The position numbers and the translations under genes are program-made. Below are positions 37,451 to 49,561 of a stretch of 64,000 nt of DNA, piece by piece. Under the pieces are notes generated by a model. The model saw only the letters and a program-made list of their open reading frames with translations, did not search any database and was not told the DNA's origin. The stretch is from contig NC_086108.1 in the NCBI RefSeq assembly GCF_963921235.1, positions 102,674,001 through 102,738,000 on the forward strand. The letters run 5' to 3'. This DNA is from Mobula hypostoma. Lineage: Eukaryota. How positions within the stretch are numbered: position 1 is the first letter of the stretch; each line of letters opens with the position of its first letter.

Positions 37451-39165
37451 TGCTAATGAATGAATGCTAACGTGGCATTTGCCTTCCTCACCACCACCTC
37501 AACCTGCAAGTTAACTTTAGGGTGTTCTGCACAAGGACTTCCAAGTCCCTTTGCATCTCAGATTTTTGGATTTTCTCCCGATTTATAAAATAGTCCGCAC
37601 ATGTATTTCTACTACTAAAGTGCATAACCATGCATTTTCCAACGTTGTATTTTAGTTTCCACTTTCTTTCTCATTCTCCTAATCTGTCTAAGTCCTTCTG
37701 CATTCTACCTGTTTCCTCAGCACTACCTGCTCCTCCACCAATCTACATATCATTTGCAAACTTGGCAACAAAGCTATCTGTTCCATCATCTAAATCATTT
37801 ACAGATGTTTGTATATACAGTATAAAAAGAAGTCACTGGCAGCCAACCAGCAAGGGATCCTTTTATTCCTACTCACTGCCTCCTACCAATCAGTCAATGC
37901 TCTAACATGTTAGTAATTTTTCTGTAATACCATGGGCTCTTACCTTGGTAAGCCACCTCATGTGTGGCACCTTGTCAAAGGTCTTCTGAAAGTCCAAATA
38001 TACAACGTCCACTGCATCCCCTTTATCTATCCTACTTGTAATCTCCTCAAAGAATTCCAACAGGTTCATCAGGCAGGATTTTCCCTGAAGGAAACCATGC
38101 TGACTTTGTACTATCTTGTCCTGTGTCACCATCACCTCATCCTTAACAATTGACTCTAACATCCTCCCAACCACTGAGGTCAGGCTAACTGGTCTATAAT
38201 TTTCTTTCTGCTGCCTTCCTCCTTTCTTAAAGAGTGGAGTAACATCTGCAGTTTTCCAGTCCTCTGGCACCATGCCAGAGTCCACTGATGTTTGAAACAT
38301 CATTTCTAATGCCACCATAATCTCCAGTGCTACCTCTTTCAGAACTGTAGTGTGCAGTTCATCTGATCTGGGTGACCAATGTACCTCTAGGTCTTTCAGC
38401 ATTTTGAGCACCTTCTCTCTTGTAATAGTAACTGCACCCACTTCTCTTCCTTCACACACTACGACATCAAGAATACTGCTATTGTCATCCACAGTGAAGA
38501 ATGATGCAAATTACTCATTTAATTCATCAGCCATCTCCTTGTCCCCCATTATTATTTCTCCTGACTCATTTACTAGCGGTCCTATATCCACTCTCATTTC
38601 TATATTATTTTTAACATATCTGAAAAAACTTTCACCATCCACTTTGATATTATTTGCTAGCTTGCTTTCATATTTCATCTTTTCCCTTCTAATGATTTTT
38701 TTAGTTGCTCTCTGTAGGTTTTTAAATACTACCTAATCCTCTACCTTCCCACTAATTTTTCCTTTGTTTTATGCCCTTTCTTTTGCTTTTACAATAGCTT
38801 TGACTTCCCTTGTCATCCATGGTTGTACTATTTTGCCATTTGAGTATTTCTTCATTTTTGGAATACACATGTCCTGCACCTTCCTCGTTTTTCCCAGAAA
38901 CGCACGTCATTGCTGCTCTGCTGACATCCCTGCCAGCAGCTCCTTCCAATTTACTTTGACCAACTCCTCTCTCATACCAGTGTAATTTCCCTTACTCCAC
39001 TGAAATACTGCTACCTCAGACTTTACTTTCTCCCTATCAAATTTCAAGTTGAGTACAATCATATTGTGATCACTGGTTCCTAAGGGTTCTTTTACCTTAT
39101 CACCTCTGGTTCATTACATAACACCTAATCCAGTATAGTTGATCCCCTAGTAGGCTTAACGACAA

Positions 39166-39745
39166 CTCTCACAACATGCTGGAGGAACTCAGCAGGTCGG
39201 GCAGCATCCGTGGAAAAGATCGATCGACGTTTCGGTCTGGAACCCTTCGTCAGGACTGTAGAGGGAAGGGGCAGAGGCCCTAAAAAGAAGGTGGGGGGAG
39301 GGTGGGAAGGAGAAGGCTGGGAGGTTCCAGGTGAAAAACCAGTGAGGGGAAAGATAAAGGGGTGGGGGAGGGGAAGCAGGGAGGTGATAGGCAGGAAAGG
39401 TGAAGAAGGAATAGGGGAAAACACAATGGGTAGTAGAAGGAGGGGGAACCATGAGGGAGGTGATAGGCAGCTGGGGGAGGGGGCAGAGTGACATAGGGAT
39501 AGGGGAAGGAAGGGGGAGGGCACTTCCGGAAGTTGGAGAATGCTATGTTCATACCAAGGGACTGGAGACTACCTAGACGGTATATGAAGTGTTGCTCCTC
39601 CAACCTGAGTTTAGCCTCATCATGGCAGTAGGGGAGGCCATGTATGGACATATCTGAATGGGAGTGGGAAGCAGAGTTGGTGGGTGGCTACTGGGAGATC
39701 CTGTCTGTTTTGGCGGATGGAGCGGAGGTGCTCGACGAAGCAGTC
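39166..39745 (-). mobile_element. Penelope-like element 3' part inserted in CR1
   Basis: HGLPYCHDEAKLRLEEQHFIYRLGSLQSLGMNI (GIY-YIG C-terminus), 3' UTR and terminal repeat. Confidence 0.85.
39221..39258 (-). ncRNA. Minimal type I hammerhead ribozyme-like motif (PLE terminal repeat)
   Basis: Reverse complement CAGUC-CUGACGA-A-GGGUUCCAGACC-GAAACGUC-GAUCG: intact CUGANGA, GAAAC and GUC core with palindromic ACGU stem III. Confidence 0.65.
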
Positions 39746-41811
39746 CTGCTCTAAAAAGCCATCTCTTAGGCATTCAACAAACTCACTCTCTTGAGGTCCA
39801 TTTCCAACCTGATTTTCCCAATCGACCTGCATGTTAAAATCTCATATGACTACCAATAGCTAAAGATATAAAGGCAAGACATTTTTCTAAATGGCGAGAA
39901 AATTCAAAAATCCGAGGTACCGTGCAGGATTCCCTAAAGATTAATTTGCAAGTTGAGTCAGTGGTGAGGAAGGTGAATGCAATGTTAACATTCATTTTGA
40001 AAGTCAGCTATTTTCTCTCTCTCTTTCCCTTTCTCTTTCTTTCCTTTCTCTCCTCTATCTATCCTATTCATTCTCTTACTCAGATTCAGATTTAAATTTG
40101 GATTTATTTGTCATGTGCACATAGAAACTAACAGTGAAATGTGTCACTTGCGTTAACCACCAACACAACCAAGATGTGCAGGGGGATGTTCACAAGTGTC
40201 ACTTCATATTCCAGTGCCTCAATGTTCAGCAGAACAGAACTGAACACAACAAATCAGAAAATACCAAGCAACATGAGGAAAAGAACTCCAGTTGCTCACT
40301 CCCTCCCACCCACATACACATCCCTCTAACCCCAGGATAGGTCATCTTCTTTGGCCTCCAGCAGAAACACTGAACCACAGACACCGTACAAGGATAAGTA
40401 TGTAAGGACATCTTATATGCCTCAACTGGATCACTGCATAATTATCTACGCTGAACTTGGGTAACCACACATGCCTTTAACCTTACTGTAAAACCCACCC
40501 TGAGCTCCGGACAGATGGAGCTCACCAGTTGCGGTTGGCAGCTCATTTAAGAGAAGGATGACTCTGATCTCAAATCTCTGCTGCCTCGCAGCTATACCCA
40601 CTCATGGGAAAGGCTTTGGTAGTAAAACCCTAAGGGAAAAATCTGGAGCTGAAGTCCCTAAGGCAATCCTACATTGAGTTCAATGCTGACTAGCAACTCC
40701 TGCAACTTGGCTGGTGCCAGATTGTGTCAGTCTCTGCCGTTCCTTTGGGTTCATCAGTTGTGTGCAGAGGGGGAGCTTGCTACATGGGCAACAGCTTGCT
40801 CTTCCATATCGTACTGCCCTGGCTTGTGTATCTAGACAAAAGGCCACAATATCCATGGTCGACTCTGACAACAGAGGCAATCCCCCCCTCCTCTCCCATG
40901 CAGATTTGCTTATCTGAACTTCCTCCAAGCTGATCGCCATATTCTAACCAATGCACGGCTTGAGGAAGAGATACATTACCACCTGGTGAAACTTTTGTCC
41001 CTGTGCTGAACCGACAGACAAAATTGTCAAATATCTTAAATGTCACTCACATAAAACAACATTCAGACGTGAATAAAACTTATATATTGTATTCATTATT
41101 TTTCAAACAGAAGTAACATTGATGCATTCAAATCATTTTAAAAGTGGTTAATGTTTTAAATTGTTCAATCTTTGAGCAATACCTCAGTATTTTGTTCTCA
41201 TTTTGTCTTACTTATTTACTTGTTTGTTTATTTATCTCTCCCTTGCCCATTATGCCGCTGGCGTTTAGGGCACCAGTGAAAGTTGTCCATGTCAGACAGT
41301 GGTTACAACTTCCTTTATCGTGTCAGTAGCTTCCTCTCAGTTTTCACTAATGTCAGTCATGCAAGTCCTGGGAATGCCATCGCACTCAGGTATAGAAGGA
41401 TCCTTCATTGCTGCTTCCGTAACAATTTTGCTTTACCAGTCAGGGTTGTTGGCCCTGAGCTGAACCCCCAAACCTTGAGGATCAGTGGATCACTCTAAGT
41501 CTGGCCTCTACCCTTTCACCTGTTTGGTATGGGTGCCCCTACCAAGAGCCAAAGCATAAAACCCCGACTCCAGCCGGCATGGCTCTCCAGGTCACTGAGG
41601 CACACAAGCCTCCAAACCACAACAAGGTTGTGGTCCTCTTGGAAGTTTATGTATGCATTTATTTAATAATTCTTATTGTAACTTACAGTAATTTTTTCAG
41701 TATGCAATGTACTGCTGTTGCAAAACAACAAATTTCATGACGAATGTCAGTGCTATTAATCCTGCCTCTGATTCTGATTTAATTTTAATATGTAATAAGT
41801 TTAATATTTAA

Positions 41812-42435
41812 CAAGTTGATAGGGTTGTTAAGAAGGTCTATGGTATGTTGACCTTCATTAGTTAGGAAACTGAGTTCAAGAACCTCAAGGTAATGATGCA
41901 GCTCTGTATAACCCTGGTTAGACAGCACAAGGAATTTTGTGATAATTTCCGGTCACCTCACTGAAGGAAGGATATGGAAGCTTTAGAAAAGGTGGAGAGG
42001 ATATTTACCTGGATGCTGCCTGGACTGGAAAGGTTGTCTTATGAGGATAGATTGAACGAGCTAGGGCTTTTCTCTTTGGAGCAACGAGGATGAGAAGTGA
42101 CCTGATAGAGGTATACAAGATGAAAGGAGACAAAGATAAAGTAGACAGTCAAAGCCTTTTTCCCAGGGCGAAAATGGCTAATACAAGAAGGCAAAATATT
42201 AAGGTGATTGGAGAAAAGTATAGTGGGGATGTCAGAGTCCTTTACACAGAGAGTGGTGGTTTGTGGAATGCACTACCAGGAGTGGTGGTAGAGGCAGATG
42301 CACAGTGGGTATTTAAGAAACTCTTAGATCGGCACATTTTATGATTGAAAATAGAGGATAGTATCGGAGGGAATGGTGAGAGTAGATTAAAATGTTACAA
42401 CAACATGGGCTGCAGTGCTGTATTGTTCTATGTTA
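41812..42435 (+). mobile_element. CR1 3' fragment
   Basis: MRSDLIEVYKM...VDSQSLFPRAKMANTR...WNALPGVVVEAD. Confidence 0.8.
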
Positions 42436-43520
42436 TACTGACATGGTCCAGGTAGAGGTACAGAACTGCGAGGATGAAAGGCAGGTATCGAAGGCAGTGA
42501 GGGTCACAGGGTTCCTGTATGAACTAGGATCTTCCCAAGCGCAAAATCACTTGGGCAGAGCTTTGAAGACTCAAGCCCTTCTGCATTTCGTTTCTCCTGC
42601 CCTGAGAGTATGACACTCTCCCTACACCATTACTGCTACACACATGGGGGCAAGAGAAGACCCTAACTGCAAGCTTTGTGGTCAGCAGAGTTCAGTGGGA
42701 CACATACTGTTAGGATACAAAACAGCTTTAACAGAAGGATGGTATAGGTGGTGCCACCACAAGGTCCTGCTGTCCCTTGCTGACACACTGGAGTGGGAGA
42801 GGGGTAAAAAGAGACCAGCTGGCAGAGAGGCAGACAGGACAGTCATTTTCATCAAGGAGAGGGCCACGCCAGTCATATCAAAGAGGCCCAAATCCAATCT
42901 GATGCAAACTGCCAAATCGTGGGAGATGAGGGCTGATGTGGGGAGGAAGCTGCAGTTCCTGAAGGTGGTGCAAAACATACTTTGACCAGACATCATACAG
43001 TGGTCCACCAAAGACAAGAAAATCATCCTGGTGGAGCTCACAGTACCATTGGAGGAAGGATGTGAGGAGGATCATGGGAAGAACGCCCTGAAGTACCAGT
43101 CCTTCGTCCAGGAGTGCAGGGACAAAGGATGGCAGATGAAGCTATTCCCTATGGAGGTGGCTTTAGAGAGTTCCCGGCAAGGTCTGTGTGGAGGTTACTG
43201 TCTGCACTGGGCCTTGATGAGAGAAGCAAGAAGCAAGAAGCTCAGGGGATGGGAGAGGAAGCGGAAAGAACTCTTGTTGGTCCTCTGTTGCCCCCATGTG
43301 TGTAGCAGTAATGGTGCAGGAGTTGAGCTGGAAGTCAGGAGCAGAAGGGCAGTGACTTGGCCACTACTGCTGACCCACCAACTGGAGAGTGTCGTGGTTA
43401 AGGGTTAAAACACTCTGTGAAGGTTGGGCACCACCTGACAACATCTGCACCTGACCAAAGGCTACAGTTACCTCATCAGGTAACTGAAGAGAGCACCCTG
43501 GTGTATGATGCAAGTATGCT
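42436..43520 (+). mobile_element. Hero-like (R2-group, RLE) non-LTR retrotransposon 3' fragment
   Basis: VYDTLP, CKLCG...HIL zinc-knuckle relic, YRWCHHKVL (decayed RHD) and PDII...IILVELTVPLEE...KY restriction-like endonuclease motifs. Confidence 0.75.
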
Positions 43521-44114
43521 TTATGTAAATTACTTGAAACTTACCCCTCTTGTTCTCCACCAAAATGAATAGTGTTGCCAAGACTGCTGCAGGTTTAGAA
43601 GACAGATTTTCCAAAGTAATAGCTGGGTTACTGGGGAAATTTGCACTTCACCGATAAACTCCAAGGGGAGTGGCTGGGACACTAAGGAAATTTTGGACGT
43701 GTGTGTGTTTGCTTGTGGGCTCTTGGCTTTACCCAGGCTTGTGAGCTCCAGGCCACCTCTGTGGAAAGTTTGGTTCAATATCTCCTTCACAAGACATGGT
43801 GCATAGGACTAATGATAGTACTGCAGATGAAGTCTAGCCAGATCTGTGAACAGCTGAAAAGCAACTTGCACGGCTCCAAGCTCAATATATCCTATTTGTC
43901 ATTTAGTTTGAAAAGCATTTTGCACCTTGCTTTGTGAATTGCTTTCCACAGATACTGCAGGCTGCAAACTGACATGAATCGCAAGCTTGAGATAAATAAT
44001 TCATACTGTCTGACACCAGCTGTGGCATTTTTCGTCTCCCTGCCTTGTGATGTGGTTTTGACAAAGTGCTAATACTCGATCATCTTACAATGTTTTCTGT
44101 TTTCTTTCTGGCAG

Positions 44115-44222
44115 GTTATTGTCAGGTACATACCTGAGTACTGGCTGGTTCACACTCGTGCTTGCAATGGAAGTCTGCCCTAAAATCCATATCTTTGGAA
44201 TGATTAATGATGCTTATTGCAG
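44115..44222 (+). CDS. ST6GALNAC3: Internal coding exon (108 bp, phase 2-2) of an ST6GalNAc III-like sialyltransferase, sialylmotif S
   Basis: Polypyrimidine tract then ggcag| acceptor and |gtaagg donor. Translates (R)LLSGTYLSTGWFTLVLAMEVCPKIHIFGMINDAYC(R). LSTGWFT is the ST6GalNAc III-VI sialylmotif S; GMIND favours the III paralog. Confidence 0.9.
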
Positions 44223-45409
44223 GTAAGGTCACTGATGGGATTTTCTTTCACACTTCACTGAGCGACCCTGAAAATCTGAAAGGGTTCAGTTGGATAGACA
44301 ATGTCTCTATGTGCCTCCTCAAAACTAGGAGGATGTCTTGATTGGTTAGTGACAAATAAATGCACAGGAAATTTCAAGAGGATGGTTTGAATGTAGAATT
44401 CACTACCACAGGGAGTATTCGAGGCAAATTTCAAAGCTGCATTGAAGGATGAAAGGTATAGACGGTTATAATGAAAGGGTGAGGTGTTGCAAGATGTTGG
44501 AAGGCTTGTGTCACTGTCAATGTAATTTTAAGATATTGTCTTTTCACATTATAAAGTTGTTTCTCATGGTTCAGGTTTTTGTCCAACTGCAAGTTTATTA
44601 CACAAACTCAATAAAAGATTAGGTGTTATAGCATCATCAAGCACCACAGCTCAGAAGTGGTCATTCGCTTCATCCAGTCTGTACTGTACCGTTATTCTGC
44701 CCAATCCTATTGACCCACACCAGACCTCAGGCCTCCATACCCTTCCCATCCATGTACTTATCCGGGCTTCTCTTAAATATTGAAATTGAATCTGCAACCA
44801 CCACTTACACTGGCAGTTCCTTTCACACTTGCACTCCGCTCTGAGTGAAGAACTTACTCCTCATGTTCCCTTCAAATATTTCTATTGTTGTACAGTGAAC
44901 TAAGGCTACTTTCTCACCAAGGACACTCTCTCATCTTTCACTGTGATGTGTGGCCTGCACAACAGACTACTTAATCAGAATAAGTTATTGACAGAGCAGA
45001 CTACTTAATTGATCACACCCATAGACCATACCCTGCAACTGATGCAAGATGGTCGCAGTGTATATCTCTGCAAAATGCACTGCAATTACCCACCTAGGCT
45101 TCCCTGATGGCACTATCATGTGATGTATCAGACACAAGTGGGAAGCATAATGAGAGGTATTCTTTTTTTAGCAAAGAGCTTACACCATGTAGGACAAAGG
45201 CAGCCGGTACATGGGACCACCAGCACCGGCCAGTTCCTCATCCTGACATCATCCTGACTTGGTAATATGTCACTGGTCCTTCATCAGCACAGGGCCCAAA
45301 TCCTAGAATGTTATACTCTGCAACCCAGTGGGAGTGCTTTCACAAGAAAGATTACAGTGTTTTAAGAAGGTAGCTTATCAGCATCTTTCAAGGGCAGCAG
45401 GGACGAACA

Positions 45410-45805
45410 TAAAACCATAAGATATAGAGAAGAATTTGGACATTCTGCCCCTTGTATCTGCTCTGCCATTCAATCATTGCTGAGTTTTTCAGCACCATTC
45501 TTCTGTCTTTTCCCCATAACCCTTAATACCTTTACCAATTAAGAACCCATCAAGCTTTGGCTTTAAGTATACCCAATGAGCTGGCCTCCACAGCCCTCTG
45601 TGGCAATAGATTCTGCAGATTCACCACTTCCAGGCTGAAGAAATTGCTCCTCAACTCAGTTTTAAAGGGACATCCCTTTATTTCGAGTCTATGGAAATGC
45701 CCTCCATTTCAATTCTATCCAGGCCTTTCAGTATTCAGTAGGTTTCAATAAGATACCCTTCATTCTTCTAAACTCCAGTGAGTACAGGCCCAGAGCCATC
45801 AAACA
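45410..45805 (-). mobile_element. CR1 3' fragment
   Basis: LMALGLYSLEFRRMKG and a 3' UTR like 5075-5480. Confidence 0.8.
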
Positions 45806-45862
45806 CAATATATACTGGCCTTGGTAATCAAGCCAAAAATCTGGTTTCTCATAAGCCCAAGG

Positions 45863-46374
45863 CAGACATCCCACCTCTCCCGGAAGTTCCGGGAGTCTCC
45901 CGCATATTGATAACAGCTCCCTGATGCCCACAAATTATATACAATATCCCGGAAATCGATTTTTTTGAGAGCGTGAGAGAGTGAGAGAGAGAGAGCGGGG
46001 GAGAGAGAGAGCGAGAGAGCCATGGCAGAGTGTTCCAAAAAAAGAAAATATAAAACGTACTTCACCCCAGACTACACTAAAGTGCACCCCTGCCTAACAG
46101 GGGTAAAAAATAATGACAGTGTTGCTCACTGCACTGTTTGCAACAGTGACTTTTCTATTGCCCATGGTGGGTTAAGACTGTAAAAGACATGTTGAGGTGA
46201 GTTTAACAGGTGTCATTCGTTCATTAGCATAGCTAACTTTATTTAAACTAGCTGGCCAGCTGCGAAGGAGCTACCCTATTGCAGACATCCCACCTCTCCC
46301 GGAAGTTCTGGGAGTCTCCTGCAAACTGATGGTGCTACCTCCCTGAAATGAGTTTTTGCAGGGTGGGATGTCTG
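45863..46374 (+). mobile_element. Non-autonomous hAT-like DNA transposon, perfect 6-bp TSD
   Basis: TIR cagacatcccacc...ggtgggatgtctg; TSD ccaagg at 45857-45862 and 46375-46380; ORF 46022-46183 with a BED-finger-like CTVC...FSIAHGG motif. Confidence 0.85.
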
Positions 46375-46634
46375 CCAAGGCAATCAATCTTAACCTCCAC
46401 AGGTGTGAACTTCCTACTTTTCTGCAAAGAGAGAAAATCTCTATTTACCCCTTTCACTGAGGTGCTGATTTTTCCCTAGGATGTCAACGTATCACTTGAT
46501 GCTCAGAAGGTACAATAAAACCTAGTGCTTGCTGACCAACCATTGTTGCGATTTCTATCTATGTGATGTAAAGGTGTAATGAGCAGTTTGGGCCTGTGAG
46601 CAGCATCGGAGAGCATTGGGTGTCGGGGTTACTT

Positions 46635-47529
46635 CATAGTCATAGTCATAGTCATAGACATACTTTATTGATCCGGGGGGAAATCGGTTTTCGTTACAGT
46701 TGCACTATAAGTAATAAATAGTAATAGAACCATAAATAGTTAAATAGTAATATGTAAATTATGCCAGGAAATAAGTCTAGGACCAGCCTATTTGCTCAGG
46801 GTGTCTGACCCTCCAAGGGAGGAGTTGTAAAGTTTGATGGCCACAGGCAGGAATGACTTCCTATGACGCTCTGTGTTGCATCTCGGTGGAATGAGTTTCT
46901 GGCTGAATGTACTCCTGTGCCCAACCAGTACATTATATAGTGGATGGGAGACATTGACCAAGATGGCGTACAACTTGGACAGCATCCTCTTTTCAGACAC
47001 CACAGTCAGAGAGTCCAGTTCCATCCCCACAACATCACTGGCTTTACGGATGAGTTTGTTGATTCTGTTGGTGTCTGCTACCCTCAGCCTGCTGCCCCAG
47101 CACACAATGGCAAACATGATCGCACTGGCCACCACAGACTCATAGAACATCCTCAGTATCGTCCGGCAGATGTTAAAGGACCTCAGTCTCCTCAGGAAAT
47201 AGAGATGGCTCTGACCCATCTCGTAGACAGCCTCAGTGGTCTTTGACCAGTCCAGTTTATTGTCAATTCATATCCCCAGGTATTTGTAATTATCCACCAT
47301 ATCCACACTGACCCCCTGGATGGAAACAGGGGTCACCGGTACCCTAGCTCTCCTCAGGTCTACCACCAGCTCCTTAGTCTTTTTCACATTAAACTTCAGA
47401 TAATTCTGCTCACACCATGTGACAAAGTTTCCTACCGTAGCCCTGTACTCAGCCTCATCTCCCTTGCTGATGCATCCAACTATGGCAGAGTCATCCGAAA
47501 ACTTCTGAAGATGTCAAGACTCTGTGCAG
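46635..47529 (-). mobile_element. Rex1-family LINE, second 5'-truncated copy
   Basis: Highly similar to 35315-36210; same (CTATGA)n tail. Confidence 0.9.
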
Positions 47530-49561
47530 CTGTAAATTAATAATGGATGTTGCCTTTCTGAGGTACCGCTCCATGAAGATATCTTCGATACTATGGAGGC
47601 TAGTACCCAAGATGGAACTGACTAATTTTACAACTTTCTGTAGCTTCTTTCAGTCCTGTACAGTAGCCCCTCCCCCCCTCCCCCCCCCGCCGCCATTACC
47701 AGACACTGAACCAGACTGTCAGAATGCTCTCCACGGTACATCTATAGAAGTTTTTGAATGTCTTAGGTGACAAGCCTGATCTTTTCGAACCCCTCATGAA
47801 ATGTAGCTGCTGTTCTGTCTTCTTTATAGCTGCATCAATATGTTGGGACCAGGTTAGATCCTCAGAGATCTTGATACCCAAAAACTTGAAACTGCTCACT
47901 CTCTCCATATCTGATCCCTCTATGAGGATTGGTTCATGTTCCCTTGTCTCACGCTTCCTGAAGTCCATAATCAGCTCTTTCATCTTACTGACATTGAGTG
48001 CCAGGTTGTTGCTGCGACACAATATGATGAACAATGAAGGTTAGCTAGCCAATAAATCAGAATCAGAATCACAATCAGGTTTATTATCACCGGCATGTGA
48101 CGTGAAATTTGTTAACTTAGCAGCAGCAGTTCAATGCAATACATAATCTAGCAGAGAGAAAATAATAATAATAATAAATAAAATTAAAATAATAAACAAA
48201 CAAGTAAATCAATTACGTATATTGAATAGATTTTAAAAATGTGCAAAAGCAGAAATACTGTATATTAAAAAAAAGTGAGGTTGTGTCCAAAGATTCAATG
48301 TCCATTTAGGATGGCAGAGGGGAAGAAGCTGTTCCTGAATCACTGAGTGTTTGCCTTCAGGCTTCTGTACCTCCTACCTGATGGTAACAGTGAGAAAAGG
48401 GCATGCCCTAGGTACTGGAGGTCCTTAATAATGGACGCTGCCTTTCTGAGACACGGCTCCCTAAAGATGTCCTGGGTACTTTGTAGGCTAGTACCCAAGA
48501 TGGAGCTGACTAGATTTACAACATTCTGAAGCTTCTTTCGGTCCTGTGCAGTAGCCCCTCCATACCAGACAGTGATGTAGCCTGTCAGAATGCTCTCCAC
48601 AGTACAACTATAGAAGTTTTTGAGTGTATTTGTTGACATGCCAAATCTCTTCAAACGCCTAATAAAGTATAGCCACTGTCTTGCCTTCTTTATAACTACA
48701 TCGAAATTTTGGGACCAGGTTAGATCCCCAGAGATCTTGACACCCAGGAACTTGAAGCTGCTCATTCTCTCCACCTCTGATCCCTCTATGAGGATTGGTA
48801 TGTGTTCCTTCATCTTACCCTCCCTGAAGTCCACAATCAGCTCTTTCATCTTACTGACGTTGAGTGCCAGGTCATTGCTGCGGCCACCACTCCACTAGTT
48901 GGCATATCTCGCTCTTGTACGCCCTCTGTGCTTGGATGTACACATGACAAATAAAACTAATCTTTACTAACCTGTACGTCTTTAGAATGTGGGAGGAAAT
49001 TGGAGCACCCGGAGGAAACCCACATGGTCACAGGGAGAACATGCAAACTCGTTACGGCCAGCAGTGGATTTGAACTCTGATCACTGGCACTGTAATACTG
49101 TTACACTAACCACTATGCTACATGCCACCCCCCCCCCCAAGATATAAAAACCTTAATGAGGAACTAAGTGTAATGTTTTGATGGGTAGTAAAGCAGAATC
49201 TGTAACAATATCCAATTAAGTAAAGACCTCTTTTGATTATGTGGTCTGTACTGGGAAATGTGGGAAATTTTGCCTCAGTGAGAGGATTTTCTGCGTGTTC
49301 TGAGACATTCCCAGTACTTTTGAAGTGTTGTTTCAATGCAGGAAAAGAATTCAGTCGAGTTTCTGTTCTTGCCTGGGGAGTTTTGAACCTACCTTGGTAA
49401 CTCAGGAACAGAGATGCAACTCTAGTGATAAATGAGCTTCAGCTTATTATTTTTAACTCCATTTTCTCACCTCTCTCTACCTCCATAATTTCCTCCTGGA
49501 ACAGTTCACTCCCAATTTTATTTGTTTCACATCTGCTGGCCAGACCCTGTAGTTGGTTCTC

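Larger units (their letters stand above)
34684..39850 (-). mobile_element. Long CR1 ORF2 fragment interrupted by Rex1 and PLE insertions
   Basis: ORFs 34934-35326 and 37902-38492 (VPEDWKTADVTPLFKKGG...SQHGFLQGKSCLMNLLEFFE...VYLDFQKTFDKVPH). Confidence 0.9.

Noticed and set aside
1..44114. Upstream sialylmotif-L exon of the sialyltransferase
   Set aside because: No CAIVSNSG or RMNNAPT-like peptide in the ORF track or by eye; it probably lies upstream of the window.
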